A stretch of 64,000 bases of DNA from Dudresnaya verticillata (taxonomy: Eukaryota): the NCBI GenBank assembly GCA_977862235.1, contig OZ374559.1:1612001-1676000 (forward strand), written 5' to 3'. Below are positions 37,520 to 49,886 of the stretch, in pieces (position 1 is the first letter of the stretch; each line of letters opens with the position of its first letter). Made by a program: the position numbers and the translations under genes. The notes under the pieces are model-generated. The model ran no database searches. It saw only the letters and a list, made by a program, of their open reading frames with translations, and was not told where the DNA came from.

Positions 37520-39810
37520 CCCACGTATTCCGCGCATGCGGTTTTGGCTTTATTTCTTGTTCCGTAAAGCGCTCAGCAATGTATTGTTGTAATACAACAA
37601 TGCTCAATCTATCTCGATCCATTGTACATAGAAGAGGCAGTAGGACATTTACTGCTTTAGAAGTTGCTCGAGGAAGGGGAGCGCATGACAATGCTTCTGC
37701 TCTATTAAAGAGAGAGGGACCTTTATTGAAGGGCAAGAGAGAAGCCCCTTGACGCGGCTTAGGAACCAGAGCTAGCATACAGAGACGGAGCAGCTACACT
37801 AGCTTGCGACGATTGGTTATTAAACAAAACGAGTAACAAAGAGGACTGCACTTTACGCATGGAATGGATAATTTTGCGAGTAACAAATCATTTTCGTCTA
37901 TTGCTTTGCCAACTCTTTGCGATTACTGTGGGCATTAATGTCGAACCTACGGACTTCCCGTGAGGTTTAGACAAGGCAAGTGAAAATACATCCGAATGGA
38001 ACTCACCATAGACGTTCTCCGTACTGGCAGATGAAGCCGGCGCTTCAGACGAGAATGCTTCAATTTTCTGCATACAAGGCCGCACCACAGGCTGCGCCTC
38101 GCCTCGGCGCAGAGCTGCACATGGTAAATGTGAAGCACTCACTCTTCTCAACGGATTATAACACAATTCCAGCTGCGCATGAAAACCCTACAAGGCCTCT
38201 CCTGTTTTTATTTCCGCGCTCCCTGTGCTAAGAAGACAACTTGCTGGTTCATGCCGCGTTGTGCGTAAGGCTGTACACTTTTGTAGCTGGCGATTATCTC
38301 TCATCTCCCTGTTGTACACCAATATAGATCATATGCAGCAGTGCGGCTTGAAATGGCAGTACTCGAGATATTTGCTGCAGATGCTTGGTGCAGTTGTTCC
38401 AACGCTTCAGGACTTTTCCTCTTTACCATTTTGTCATAAGCCTAACAATCTAACCGCAGAGCTCTAGTGTATAGGGTGATACGTAAAGCGCCCTCCAGCT
38501 GATATAACCAAATCCAGCTCGTGTCTCATCTGGTAAAGACAGAATGCATACTTACTACAAATGGAGATCGACAACACATATTGTAAAGAAAAAACATTGA
38601 TTGCTGGATAAAAACACCTAAAGTGCAAGCAAGGAACGCAATCACAGAAGAGAGCGCACCAAGTTTCAAGAAGCTCGCGTTTTGAACATTTACGGGGAAA
38701 AGACCATAATTAGCAATACATTATGGGGCAAGATATTTACGAACATTCTAAATGAGTAAACGCCACAGGGGGAGTTGGAAAAGCACTTTGCACTGCAGAA
38801 AGTTTGCCGTGGATAACACTCACTGCAACATATTGCAGAAACATACTATTTCATGGATAGTTTGAGTTTTCAATGCAGCACCATGAATTTGTTTCATGTA
38901 TTGGTACTAGACCTTTAATAACATTGGATAGATGTATGGTAAAGAAGCTAAGTCACGCATTGTGGAATGATACTGTACAACAATGCGGCAAGCAGTGTCT
39001 TTGTTTCTGGTAGAGCAAAAAGTACCCATTACACCATTTGCGGATTCTATTTTCTCCTCTGATCCAGAAAGCCGCTCTGCAGCTTTCGGCACAGCACCAT
39101 AGCTATCCGCAACAACATACTTTGCAGATCAGCGCAGCCCAACTAAAGGCGCTATATAAGAACGGTTCATTCAGCCTAACTAGTTTCTTCGATAAACCCC
39201 ACAGGAAACCATACAGTCCAGCTCACTCTCTTCACAAACCCATTCAGCTACATCAAATATGAAGTCCTTCAAAACCATTCTTATTCTCTCTGCAACTGTT
39301 TTGCTGTTCGCCAGTCTGGCTCATTGTGCAAAGGTTGAGATGAAAGAAGATGTCAAGAACAATGCCGAAGCTGACACAGTCATCGACGAAAGTAAGAGAG
39401 ACATCGAACTAGATACCGGTAATGCTCTGGAGGCCGGTGTAGAGCTCAAGGGAGATGTAAAGGCAAGCAAGGCGACGGACACCGTTCTGGACCATGACTC
39501 CAAGATGGCCAAACTCGACACCTCTGAGAAGGTTCCAGGTAGTCCCTACAGAGGTGCCTTCATCCTATGCGAGGGTAGAACTCCAGTTTCCTACCTCACG
39601 ACTATCAGGACTCGCTCCATGGAGCTCCTTGCGGGCTACCGGGGCTCGTGCAGCTACAAGACTGTGGCCGGGGATGGACAGTTTAACCACGCTGCTCTGT
39701 GGAAGGGATCCTTCACTGGAATGGATTTCTACTACGAGCGCCTTATCAACTGCGGCACTGGACAGGCTTGCGTGTACCGCCGTACTGCTAGCTCTACTGT
39801 TCCGATCTAC
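37520..39810. repeat. Palindrome 2, right arm
   Basis: 635-bp spacer at 36885-37519. Confidence 0.95.
39153..39159 (+). promoter_or_regulatory. Putative TATA box of copy 5
   Basis: TATATAA about 100 bp upstream of the ATG. Confidence 0.6.
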
Positions 39811-39858
39811 TGCTGTTCCAGGTTTTATGAGGCGCACGTTGTGACTTTTGGCATCTAA
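39259..39858 (+). CDS. Secreted Cys-rich prepro-protein, copy 5 (long type, 199 aa)
   Basis: Intact ORF; mirror of copy 4 (coordinate sum 73485). Confidence 0.9.
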   Translation: MKSFKTILILSATVLLFASLAHCAKVEMKEDVKNNAEADTVIDESKRDIELDTGNALEAGVELKGDVKASKATDTVLDHDSKMAKLDTSEKVPGSPYRGAFILCEGRTPVSYLTTIRTRSMELLAGYRGSCSYKTVAGDGQFNHAALWKGSFTGMDFYYERLINCGTGQACVYRRTASSTVPIYCCSRFYEAHVVTFGI

Positions 39859-40543
39859 GCACTTCATTCATCAGAAGCTGCCTGACGTCTCTTTCTGGAC
39901 GAACAGGGTAAACTATTTAGCTCTGACTGGGGATTGCTTCTAGAGCTCCTTCTTGTTCTTGATGTGTAAGTCCTGTTAGTAACTATTAGTAAAGTTGGGA
40001 CATCACGTTAGCCCTGATTGTCTTGGCGCCCAGATTGCGGCAAATTCATGAGAGATTAGTCAGGCCCAATAGCTCCTGATGTGCAGAAGAAGCGTACCCC
40101 GAAGAAAGCCGAGAAGACTTAACGAAACAATGCAACGCTGGCTTCCTCCAATCGGAGAGAGAAACCGCTATTAGCTACTAAACATGAGCCCCAAGTAAGC
40201 AAATAAGAAGGTGCGAAAAGCTTACATGAAGTTCTACGATTATTCAGCAGCAGTCGGCATAATGCAGTAGCAGTGAGTGACTAGTATCGGAGGACACAGA
40301 AGACAAGACGGGGATAGAGTGCAGGGAGGATGGATTGTCATGGACGGAAGGTGTATAATTACTGCAGTGAAGTTGAAGATGCGGCCATTAGCCATGATGC
40401 AACACCGGCATGAATGCGGCGGTAAACTATTATAGTTCGTTTAGATCCATAAATAGTAGACTCCGTTACTGCACTCCGCTCTGCTTTACCTGGCTGCCAG
40501 ACTTGGCTTTCGGAAAAGGCGTGGTATGGTCAATGGAGAAGAG

Positions 40544-42606
40544 ATGGAGACCTTTATGCACAGGAAAAAATACAGCCCCGTAAGGAGGCTTATCTAAAAC
40601 TCATCTGAAAGGCGACGGTCGAAGAGTAAACGAGAGAGGTGAGGTGGGTGAGAAGAGATAGTTTCTCAGATATCGGCGAAGTACCCTTCATAGTAGCTAG
40701 GAAATTCGCCACGCGCTGAGCGCCTCGATCGAACCCAGAACCAATGGCACCATAGATGTCCATCACCATAGGATGGAGATCTATCCGGTTGGTAGAACAT
40801 AAGCGACGATAATGACGGGCTTTCGCTTGCTCGCGGCGGTGAATAGCTTGATGTTGAGAGCGAGGCGTGTTGGGCAGTGTAGTTGGATGGTGTGGGGTCA
40901 CCACGGAGACGTCAAACGCTTGCGGGAGGGGGGCAAACGCAGGGTCATCAACATAGAAATCCATACGAAGATGGTCACGTCGGTCTTCTTCGAAATGGTC
41001 TTCAGTACGTTGTAATTGACGGGCATAGCGACGCCTTTCTGAAGCAGTGCGTGTAGAAGACGCCACAACTCGGGAATCCCCAGTCTGCTCTAGATAAGAA
41101 AAGTTACGTTCAAGCTGAACAGTAACGCCATGGTTCCGAGCAGTATTACGAAAGAAAGCCCCAATTTGATTTCGGAGGGTAGCATGGCGGCGAATGCTGC
41201 CAGTTCCCGATCGACAGATTGTGGCATGGTGTCCAAAGATATCAAGGAGGGGAACTTCAGCGGATGTGCCATGGAGACAAGCAGGACAAGGGCGATCACC
41301 ACGGAAGATCGCCACACGCAGTCTGAGTTTGAGCATGGTGAGCCATATGTCGGGTTGCACGCGGGTAGAAGAAGATGCATATGGGATGGCACTGAAAGGG
41401 CGGCTAGAGTTGACAGTAGAGGTAGATTGAATCCGTACTCGGGCACGAGAGCTATGCTGAGCAGTCATCTGGGACATGAGGTCGTGGCGCATTTTCGTTG
41501 AACATAGGGAAGAAGATCTTGGGACAATGTCGGAACGACACCATGGCCTATGGGAGATGCGGCCGATAAAATAGAAGAAACACTGCATTTGTCACGATCT
41601 TCACGGAGTAGTTGCTGTTCGCGAATGTTATGAAGAGACGGAGCGACGAAACGGTGCAAAGTAAGAGAATCAAAAGGTGCCAGGAATCGGATCCAGGCGA
41701 GAGAGGACAGGACGGAGGTGATATAGCTGCAGTGGGCAATATGACGGGCATTGGTAAGACCTAGTACACCGTGACGCATGGGGAGCGAAACCAGATCCCA
41801 GGATTCATCCGACAGTGGAAAGTGTGTGTGTTCAAACACTCCACGCATGCCACAGTCATGTGTTAATGAAATAGCTTGGGTTAGTTGGGGGGGAGTGCAT
41901 TGCAGTAGGTATGAAAGCTTGGAAGTTCCAGCACAGTAGCGTAATGAATGAAAAACGAGTTCAGGATCATTAAGATGCTTCAGATGGGTCCAGAAATATT
42001 GGATGGGCTCATGCTTAGTTTGTAGATGTTGTAAACAGCCCTCAGTACTGCCAATAGGGGCGCCCAGAACTGCGATAACAGCATGGTTGTTGAGAGGACA
42101 ACCCAGGGAGTTGGAACGAGAAACACGACGGGACGATAAAGAGGACCACCAAGCTTCTGTTTTCCCCACTGCTATGTGCAGATTGAAACCAATTTTGGGG
42201 CATTGGGTCTTTAAAAACTGGATAACATCGAAAGCAATAGAACGGGGAACAGCAACAATAATTTTATCAGCATATGCAGCAAGAAGTTTGATGGAGGCGA
42301 ACGTAGAGAGCATGTTGATGAGCAGGGGATGAATCGCGAGAGCAAAAAGTAACATGCTCAACGGATCACCCTGCTGTGTACCTGTCCCACTAAACAACTG
42401 AAACTGACAAAATTGAAGAACGGGGTCAGTCGAGAAAAGGAATGCACAAAATTTGCAATCCCAGGAGCTCTTTCGATAACTTCACTGAGAATAAGAGAAC
42501 GATCAACACAGTTAAAAGCGTTGGTGGCATCAAGCTTAAGAAGGACATAGTCTTGCTCAGTGTTAAACTCCACGAAAGAACGTATGGCATGAATAATAGA
42601 TTCGGC
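40544..42606 (-). mobile_element. 5'-truncated CRE/R2-type retrotransposon B
   Basis: LDATNAFN, GTQQGDPLS, YADK (degenerate), CPAC..H..C, RRH, RMD..FDVSV; frameshifted; no clear TSD. Confidence 0.9.
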
Positions 42607-42882
42607 ATGACAATAATGAAGAAAGAGTGCAAGGAATGTCCTTCCAATGTCAAGAATCCCTTGCACGGTTCAGCTTCAGAATTCAGGAAAATGGTCACCA
42701 AGCGCCTTGTGGGTTCTGCTGAGGCTCCGATTGATGGAAGATATAGAAGTACGCTTGCTCATACCATCTTTATTGGGAACATCAACTTTGTGGTTGGATC
42801 TGAGCGGCAGTAGGTGAAGGCCGATGATAGTGCCATACATTCTATGTGTGGATACTTCCATATATATGTATATATATATAGC

Positions 42883-43140
42883 TGTAGCCAGCTGTGCGCT
42901 TGGCTATTTCACCGGAACGGCATTGCACCTCTTTGGGGACTCCGATACGGCGTCCGCTCCGTGGCAACGTGACCATGTGTCGTGGACTCGCCGCCGTCGC
43001 TCTCCCTCCACGCTTCTGTAGTACTTATACCGTCTCGGATATCACTCTCACTAAACACCCGGCATCGTAGCCGAAGCTTTTGCCTTCACCCTGTAGGTTA
43101 CCGCAAGTCACCTGGCTCGGAGTCCCCTCCAGCAATCACA
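42883..43140. mobile_element. Solo LTR (258 bp)
   Basis: TG...CA ends; 5-bp TSD ATAGC; empty site near 33237. Confidence 0.85.
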
Positions 43141-43373
43141 ATAGCACTCCGTTCTCATAGCACGGATGAATTCAACTCTCTCACTCCCTGCCTCATCTGC
43201 GCTATCCTCCGCTACAGTCAATCAATTCAAATTTCTCCAGATTAATCGTAGAACTTCATGTACTGTACGTCATTTGGAGGAGACCAGCATTCTTGAGACC
43301 CGATCTTCTCAACTTTTACCCGATCTATGCTGTCTCAACTCTGCCGGGGCTACTGGACCTTCCTTCTCTCTAG

Positions 43374-44354
43374 AACATTAAGGAAAGCTACTCAACGCAA
43401 TGGTTCGGTTCCTGGCATTCAAATGTCCATTACGGATAGTATTATGGCTGCCCGTGCAGCTGTACTCCGCTCTCCATCGCTTTCCTCGCATTCTTCAACA
43501 GTGCAAAAATCGTACATGGCTCGTCTACTGTCCTGCAGCACGGCTGCAGCTAGTGCACCTTTTACTGCCCTCCCGAATTCCTATCGCGGTACTCGCTTCA
43601 CCCCGGAGGAATGGATTACCGCGTGTGATATCCGCTTGGGTAACCCGGTTTTTACCGGCACTACTCGTTGTCCCCACAATGACACTGTGTACTCACGCGG
43701 GGCGTGACGCAAGCTCCTCTACTTGATCCTCTCGGGAAACATGCCATCATCTGCGCTAGGCGCGAAGGTGCTATCCGGCGTCATAACACCTTACGCGATG
43801 TTCTAGCCAACGAATTCCGCCAGTTGGGCCTACGCCCTATCTATGTCGAATACTCGTTTCTCGCCGAACGTCATCTGCCCCCTACTTCTCGTCGCCGTAT
43901 GGACGTGGTGGTTCCTATATCTGCCTTTAACCCCCGCCCTCAGGCCTTTGACGTTACGGTGGCAGCCCCGTTTGCTGCCAATTACTGCACTGCCGCCTCT
44001 CGCTTGGGTGGGGCAGCGGCAACGCTCGCTGAAAGGCCCAAAAGAGCGCATTACCAAGATCTACTCGACAGCGAGGGAATGGATTTCTATGCTGTCGGTA
44101 TTGACTCCTACGGCGCTATTGGCACTGAGGCTCGTCAGGCGTTACGTGCCATTGGCCGCTTTACGTCCGAACAGAGAGGGAGTAACCCTTCGGACGAAAC
44201 GCAAGCACTCACGAATCGCATTGTATCTCATCTTCTCCGATTTCAGGCGCTGGCGATCAATCGCCGTCGTCTTGCCCTTCAGGTAGGTCCTTGCGTAGAC
44301 GGGGCGACTTAGCGCCCTTCCAACCCTACCATAAAGGTCCCCATCTCTCTCCCA
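43374..44354 (+). mobile_element. 5'-truncated CRE/R2-type retrotransposon C (RLE region only)
   Basis: RRHN, RMDVV, FDVTV, K.AHY; TSD TCTCTCTAG at 43365-43373 and 44355-44363; empty site near 33460. Confidence 0.9.
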
Positions 44355-44525
44355 TCTCTCTAGCAACTTTATCGTAATCAAGATAGATAGCCATGACCGT
44401 TAGGTCTAACGTGATATTGCGACTTTATTATTCATCTATCAAGAACAAGAAGGAAGCTCTAGAAGCTTTCCCCCGTCAGAGATAACTAGTTTACCATGTT
44501 TGTCCAGAAAAGGCGTCAGAGGTGC

Positions 44526-45056
44526 TTAGATGCCAAAGGTCACGACATGTGCTTCATAAAACCTAGAACAACAGTAGATCGGAACAGTAGAGCTAGCAGT
44601 ACGGCGGTACACGCAAGCCTGTCCAGAGCCGCAGTTGATAAGGCGCTCGTAGTAGAAGTCCATTCCAGTGAAGGATCCCTTCCATAGAGCAGCGTGGTTA
44701 AACTGTCCATCCCCGGCCACAGTCTTGTAGCTGCACGAGCCCCGGTAGCCCGCAAGGAGCTCCATGGAGCGAGTCCTGATAGTCATGAGGTAGGAAACTG
44801 GAGTTCTACCCTCGCATAGGATGAAGGCACCTCTGTAGGGACTACCTGGAACCTTCTCAGAAGTGTCCATTTTGGCCATCTTGGAGTCATGGTCCAGAAC
44901 TGTGTCCGTCGCTTTGCTTGCCTTCACATCTCCCTTGAGCTCGACACCGGCCTCCAGAGCACCATCTTCCTTGATTTCAACGTTTTCGCAGTGAGCCACA
45001 CCGGCAAAGAACAGAACTGCTGCGGAGAGGACGAGAACGGCTTTGTAGGACTTCAT
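44526..45056 (-). CDS. Secreted Cys-rich prepro-protein, copy 6 (short type, 176 aa)
   Basis: ATG at 45056 (MKSYKAVLVLSA); same shortened pro-region as copy 3; TATATAA at 45161-45167 (-). Confidence 0.88.
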   Translation of the reverse strand: MKSYKAVLVLSAAVLFFAGVAHCENVEIKEDGALEAGVELKGDVKASKATDTVLDHDSKMAKMDTSEKVPGSPYRGAFILCEGRTPVSYLMTIRTRSMELLAGYRGSCSYKTVAGDGQFNHAALWKGSFTGMDFYYERLINCGSGQACVYRRTASSTVPIYCCSRFYEAHVVTFGI

Positions 45057-45160
45057 AGTTGGAGCAAGTATCGGCTGTTTGGCTGAGATCAATTTCTTTT
45101 CCTTTTCGGACGATTGGGTTTAGGGTTTGAGAAATGTAGTGAAGTGAAGAAATGGCGCAT

Positions 45161-45167
45161 TTATATA
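45161..45167 (-). promoter_or_regulatory. Putative TATA box of copy 6
   Basis: TATATAA about 105 bp upstream of the ATG. Confidence 0.6.
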
Positions 45168-45701
45168 CCTCTTGAACATTATTTTGTCTACACGATTGAT
45201 TGCAAAATAGCATACGACTGGGAAACTCCCATTAACGCAAGCAGTGGAAAAGCTAGCCTCATGTAGACTCATACGTTTCAGGTTCACAAGCATGTCCTCC
45301 ACCTTGGCTTTTACAAGAATTTACCAACTCTGCAATAGTATTATTGCTATGTCTTAGTTCGTACAGCTGAGATTCAAATTCGTATGAGTGAATTGAAGCT
45401 GACCTGCATCGCCAATTACAAAGCCGGTCGAATTGTACTACCAAACACAGAGCGGATGAAATCGTGCACGTTCAGCGGTGCTGAACCTTATGCTAGCATT
45501 TTTTGTACCCGGTAGGGTTCAGTGTTGGTAAGCCTTATGATATCTTTCATAACGGAGAGGAGTATTTGCAATGAGTTTCGCTAGTTCAGTTTGGCTCGTC
45601 ACTCGGTAAAGCTGTTTGATGACTCGAATGGGAACCTGCCTCGGGAATATGCCCTTGCTTGCGACGTTTCCAGCCTCTATCTGGCAAGAACTGCATTCAA
45701 C

Positions 45702-45760
45702 GCATTCGGATGCTCTCCAGACCTACTTATAGCATTCGGATGCTCTCCAAACCTACTTAT
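45702..45760 (+). repeat. 30-bp tandem duplication
   Basis: gcattcggatgctctcca(g/a)acctacttat x2. Confidence 0.9.
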
Positions 45761-45927
45761 TGGTTTCTTCCAATAACTGATTGGCTACGGGATCGGCTCC
45801 ACTGAAATCGTATAGCGCGACCTGATATTTTCCGACGACGGAACGGTTCACATAAACTATGTTTGAAGCATAATGGCTTTCTGGCTGCGCTTATATCGAC
45901 AGACTTTATGTTGAGCATAGACATCAC

Positions 45928-48482
45928 AAAATGCGTATACCCCAAAGCCTCCTAGAGAGAGCCCATCGCTCGCCCCTTTAGCTGTAACAATGAACATTGT
46001 AACATAACACCGAGTAATGGTCTTTTTGGATGATCGCAGATATCCCTCTACTACCAGCTTCGCCCAATGAGAATGGCGTAAAACAAACCCCTACAGTTTC
46101 ACATTCCGTAGATAAAGATTGTGCAGGGGGGAAATCTCCAGTTCGTTTTCCTCAGGCTATGAAGATATGCTAAGTTTCGAATTCTCTGCCCATACTTTCG
46201 TGTAAAGAACCGTCTACATGCGGGGCAACAAGGAATTATCCACCGTGTCTGGACAAACGTTGAAAGTCACCTCTTTTCCCGACTGTAAAATCTTGTTGCC
46301 GGTTTCATATCGCCTGGGATCATATCAAGCATCCGAGGAGGAGCAAGTGCGGAATTGCTACTTTGTATAGTGTACTCCCCCATCCATCTGGGAGAGGTGA
46401 CAGAGTACGCATTTGCATATGCCCCTTTCCGGTATTGCTTTGTTTGCGACAGGGGGAACTGCTTTGTTGGTGCAGAGCTGTCGTTTACAAAATTTTGTAC
46501 AGCGAGCGAACGAAAATGATCTCCGCAAACGTTCATATGTATTCGCGGCGCCCTCGGATTTATGGCATTGTAATGCTGGGATTTCGTCGCTTTGTTCCTG
46601 ACATCAACCGCTCTGTACTGAAACTAGTTTCATCCGACGTTACAGCTAGCCTAGCCCGTGCTTTTATTTGAACAGACCGAAGGCAACACTCTCCTTTTTC
46701 TTCTGAAAGAATGGGATATCTGCAGCAGACTTCCGCCTAGAAAACCTGGTAGCAAATCCTGAGATAAGCTCGATATCGTAAAGACGATTACTGCATATGG
46801 TTCATGTTCTCACGTGGGGCTCTGCAAATAAATCTGTTAATCCCCTCGCAACTTCGATTTGAAGTATGTAGATACCTACACAAGTAGGATCTGAAGTAGG
46901 GAGCATCACAGCACTACACCAAGCAAAGCCACACTGAAGCGGAATAGCTTAGTGGTTTCTTTTTGCTTGGACCGCCATGGAGGTCGTGGGATCGAGTCCC
47001 GCGGGTGCGTGCACGTGCGAAGCTGGAGAGTAGTCTGCCAGTACAACATTAAATATATATAGAATGCGAAACCGTAAGAATGTACCTTTACCCAAAGGTG
47101 GAGAAGGTCCGATGGATAATTTGGCAAGAAGAAGGGTTCTATTATTCTTCGATCTTCGTGAAGGCGAGCAGTATAATCGTTCTTTTACGACGTATCTATT
47201 CCACTGTTTGCGCAGAAAGAAAAGTCGTTGAATGAGCATTAACCTTCCACATCGAGTGCGGTCTGTATGCAATGTTGCATGCATAGTTCTGAGCTGTGCT
47301 CGTGAGCACAGGGTTTTCTTACACTGGTCTTCTTCTATTGGAATCGGTGAGCTTTTCAAAGGGGATCCAAAGGGTACAACGCAGTATAGGTCTACCCATC
47401 TACGAAATAATAACGTCTTTGTCTAAAGGTTCTAATCTCTAGTTCTTAGGGAAGCAATGTCGACATGACGATTGAACATATTCGGGCTCTTAATGGACTT
47501 CGGCTTTGACTTCCAAAGTCTATAGCAAACCAAATCCTCATCCGATTCTACTGTTGGATGCCCTTTTTTACAGTTTAAGGGAGGTGGTCTGCGCAACGTT
47601 CTCTCATGCTCATGCTTGGGTCCAAGCTTGGACACTTCCTATTCGGTTTTAATCACCTCTCTGTCTGCGAATGGCGATAAATGAAACTTCCGGTTAAATA
47701 CACCATTGCAGCTTCCTTTCATGCATTGGATTGCAGTCTTATCTATCAGTGTCAGAGAACGCTTACTGTTTCCCGAAATGCATTTCAAGGTTGCAGACTG
47801 GCACAGTTGAATCGCTGCCATTGTCGAGGGCATTACATGCTAATTGTTCCATATTGTGTAATACCGCAGGACAAGGGCGATGTGTTTTTCTCGGCATGGA
47901 ACGGAAAAACTTTCTGGTCATGTTCATAACACAGTACAATTGTTCTATCATAAGATGTAGCAGGGAGTTACCCATCTACGCCGTTCTTCCTGCGTATTTC
48001 GCACGTTCGTTTTTTGCTATTTCGAGTTCCGTAAGGTCTTCAGAAATGCTATTGTTGCAATACAGTAATGCTCAATCCAACTCGATCCATTGTACATAAA
48101 AGAGGATGTACGGCATTTAATGCTCTGGGCATTGCTGGAGGAAGGCGTGTACCTGACAATGCGTCTCCTCTATTACACAAAACGAGTACCTATTGAAGTC
48201 TCCAACAGTTCCAATTTGGTACTACCAAACAATGTTTGTCTACTACTTTCAGGCAGCATTCTTGGGGTAGGACAACAGAAGATTATTCTCAGGATGCCAA
48301 CTACTCAACTTAGACGATCTGTCAATGCGGGTTAGCCTGTTGAGCCCAAATGTAAAATCGTTCCGACCACGCAGATGTTACCACAGCATGAATGCACTGC
48401 AAGCAAATACAGAGAGTCTTGCCGATGTCCGCGAAGTGTCAGTCCGCCTCCCGTATCACAAACTCTGACTCGTGCATCACAA
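45928..48482. repeat. Direct segmental repeat, copy B
   Basis: Starts aaaatgcgtataccccaaag like position 1; ORF track duplicated at offset 45927. Confidence 0.95.
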
Positions 48483-49786
48483 GTTGAAACACCGGAGATG
48501 ACGTGGTACTCTGACCTATTTCAAACAAAGCCAAATCTTTGCGATTTATGTGAACATTAATATCGAACCTAAGGACTTCTCGCGTTCTTTAGAGAAGGCA
48601 GATGAAAAAGATACCTTAATGGAACCCACCATACGCGTTCCCAATACTTGTCGATGAAGCCGACGATTCAGATAGGATTTTTCACTTTTCTGCACACAAG
48701 GCCTCACCACAGACTGCACTTCGTCTCGGCACAGAGCTGCACGTAGCAAATGTGAAAGCGCCCACTCTTCTGAACGGAATATAGCATAATTCCAGATGCG
48801 CATGAAAATCCTACAAGGCCTGTCCTGTTTTATATCCGCGCTCCCTGTGCCAAGAAGACAACCTGCTGGCTCATGCCGCGTTGTGCGTAAGGCTGTCCAT
48901 TATTGTACCTGGCGAGTATTTCTCATCTTCCTGTTGTACACCACCGCTTTGTAAACGTTATTATAGATCATTCGCAGCAATACGGCTTGAAATGGCAGTA
49001 CTCGAGATATTTGCTGCAGATGCTTGGTGCTGTTGTTCCAACGCTTCAGGACTTTTCCTCTATACCATTTTTTCATAAGCCGAACAATCCAACTGCAAAT
49101 CTCTAGGGTGATACGTAGAACGCCCTCCAGCTGATATAGCAAGATCCAGCTAGTGTCCCATCTGGTAAAGACAGATTGCATACTTACTGGAAATAGAGAT
49201 TGACAACACATTTTGTAAAGAAATACAGTGATTGCTGGATAAAACAAACAACTAAAGAGCAAGCAAGGAACTTAATCACAGAAGAGAGAGCACCAAGTTT
49301 CAAGAAGCTCGCGTTTTGAACATTTACGGGGAAAGGACCATAACTAACAATACATTACGAGGGAGATGCTTACTGTACGAACATTCCAAATGAGTAAATG
49401 CCACAAGGGGACTTGGAAAGCACTTTACAGCGTAGAAAGATTAAGATGGATAACACTCACTTTAACATATTACAGAAACATACTATTTTGTTCATAGTTC
49501 GGGGTTTCAATCCACTCCACATGAAATTGCTTCATGTATTGGTACTAGACCTTTAATAACATTGGATAGATTCCTAGATGTATGGTAAAGAAGCTAAGTC
49601 ACGCATTGTGGTGAGATACAACAATGCGGCAAGCAGTGTGTTTGTTTCTGGTCGAGCAAAAAGCATCCATTCGCGGATTTTATTTTCTCCTCTGATCCAG
49701 AAAGCCTGCTCTGCAGCTTTCGGTACAGCACTATAGCTTTCCTCAAGAACGTACTTTGCAAAGAAGCACATCACAACTAAAGGCAC

Positions 49787-49793
49787 TATATAA
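49787..49793 (+). promoter_or_regulatory. Putative TATA box of copy 7
   Basis: TATATAA 100 bp upstream of the ATG. Confidence 0.6.
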
Positions 49794-49886
49794 GAACGGT
49801 TCATTCGGCGTCACTCGTTTCTTCGATAAGCTCCGCAGGAAACCATAAGCCCAACTCACTCTCTTTACAAACCTTCAGTGTCAAAT

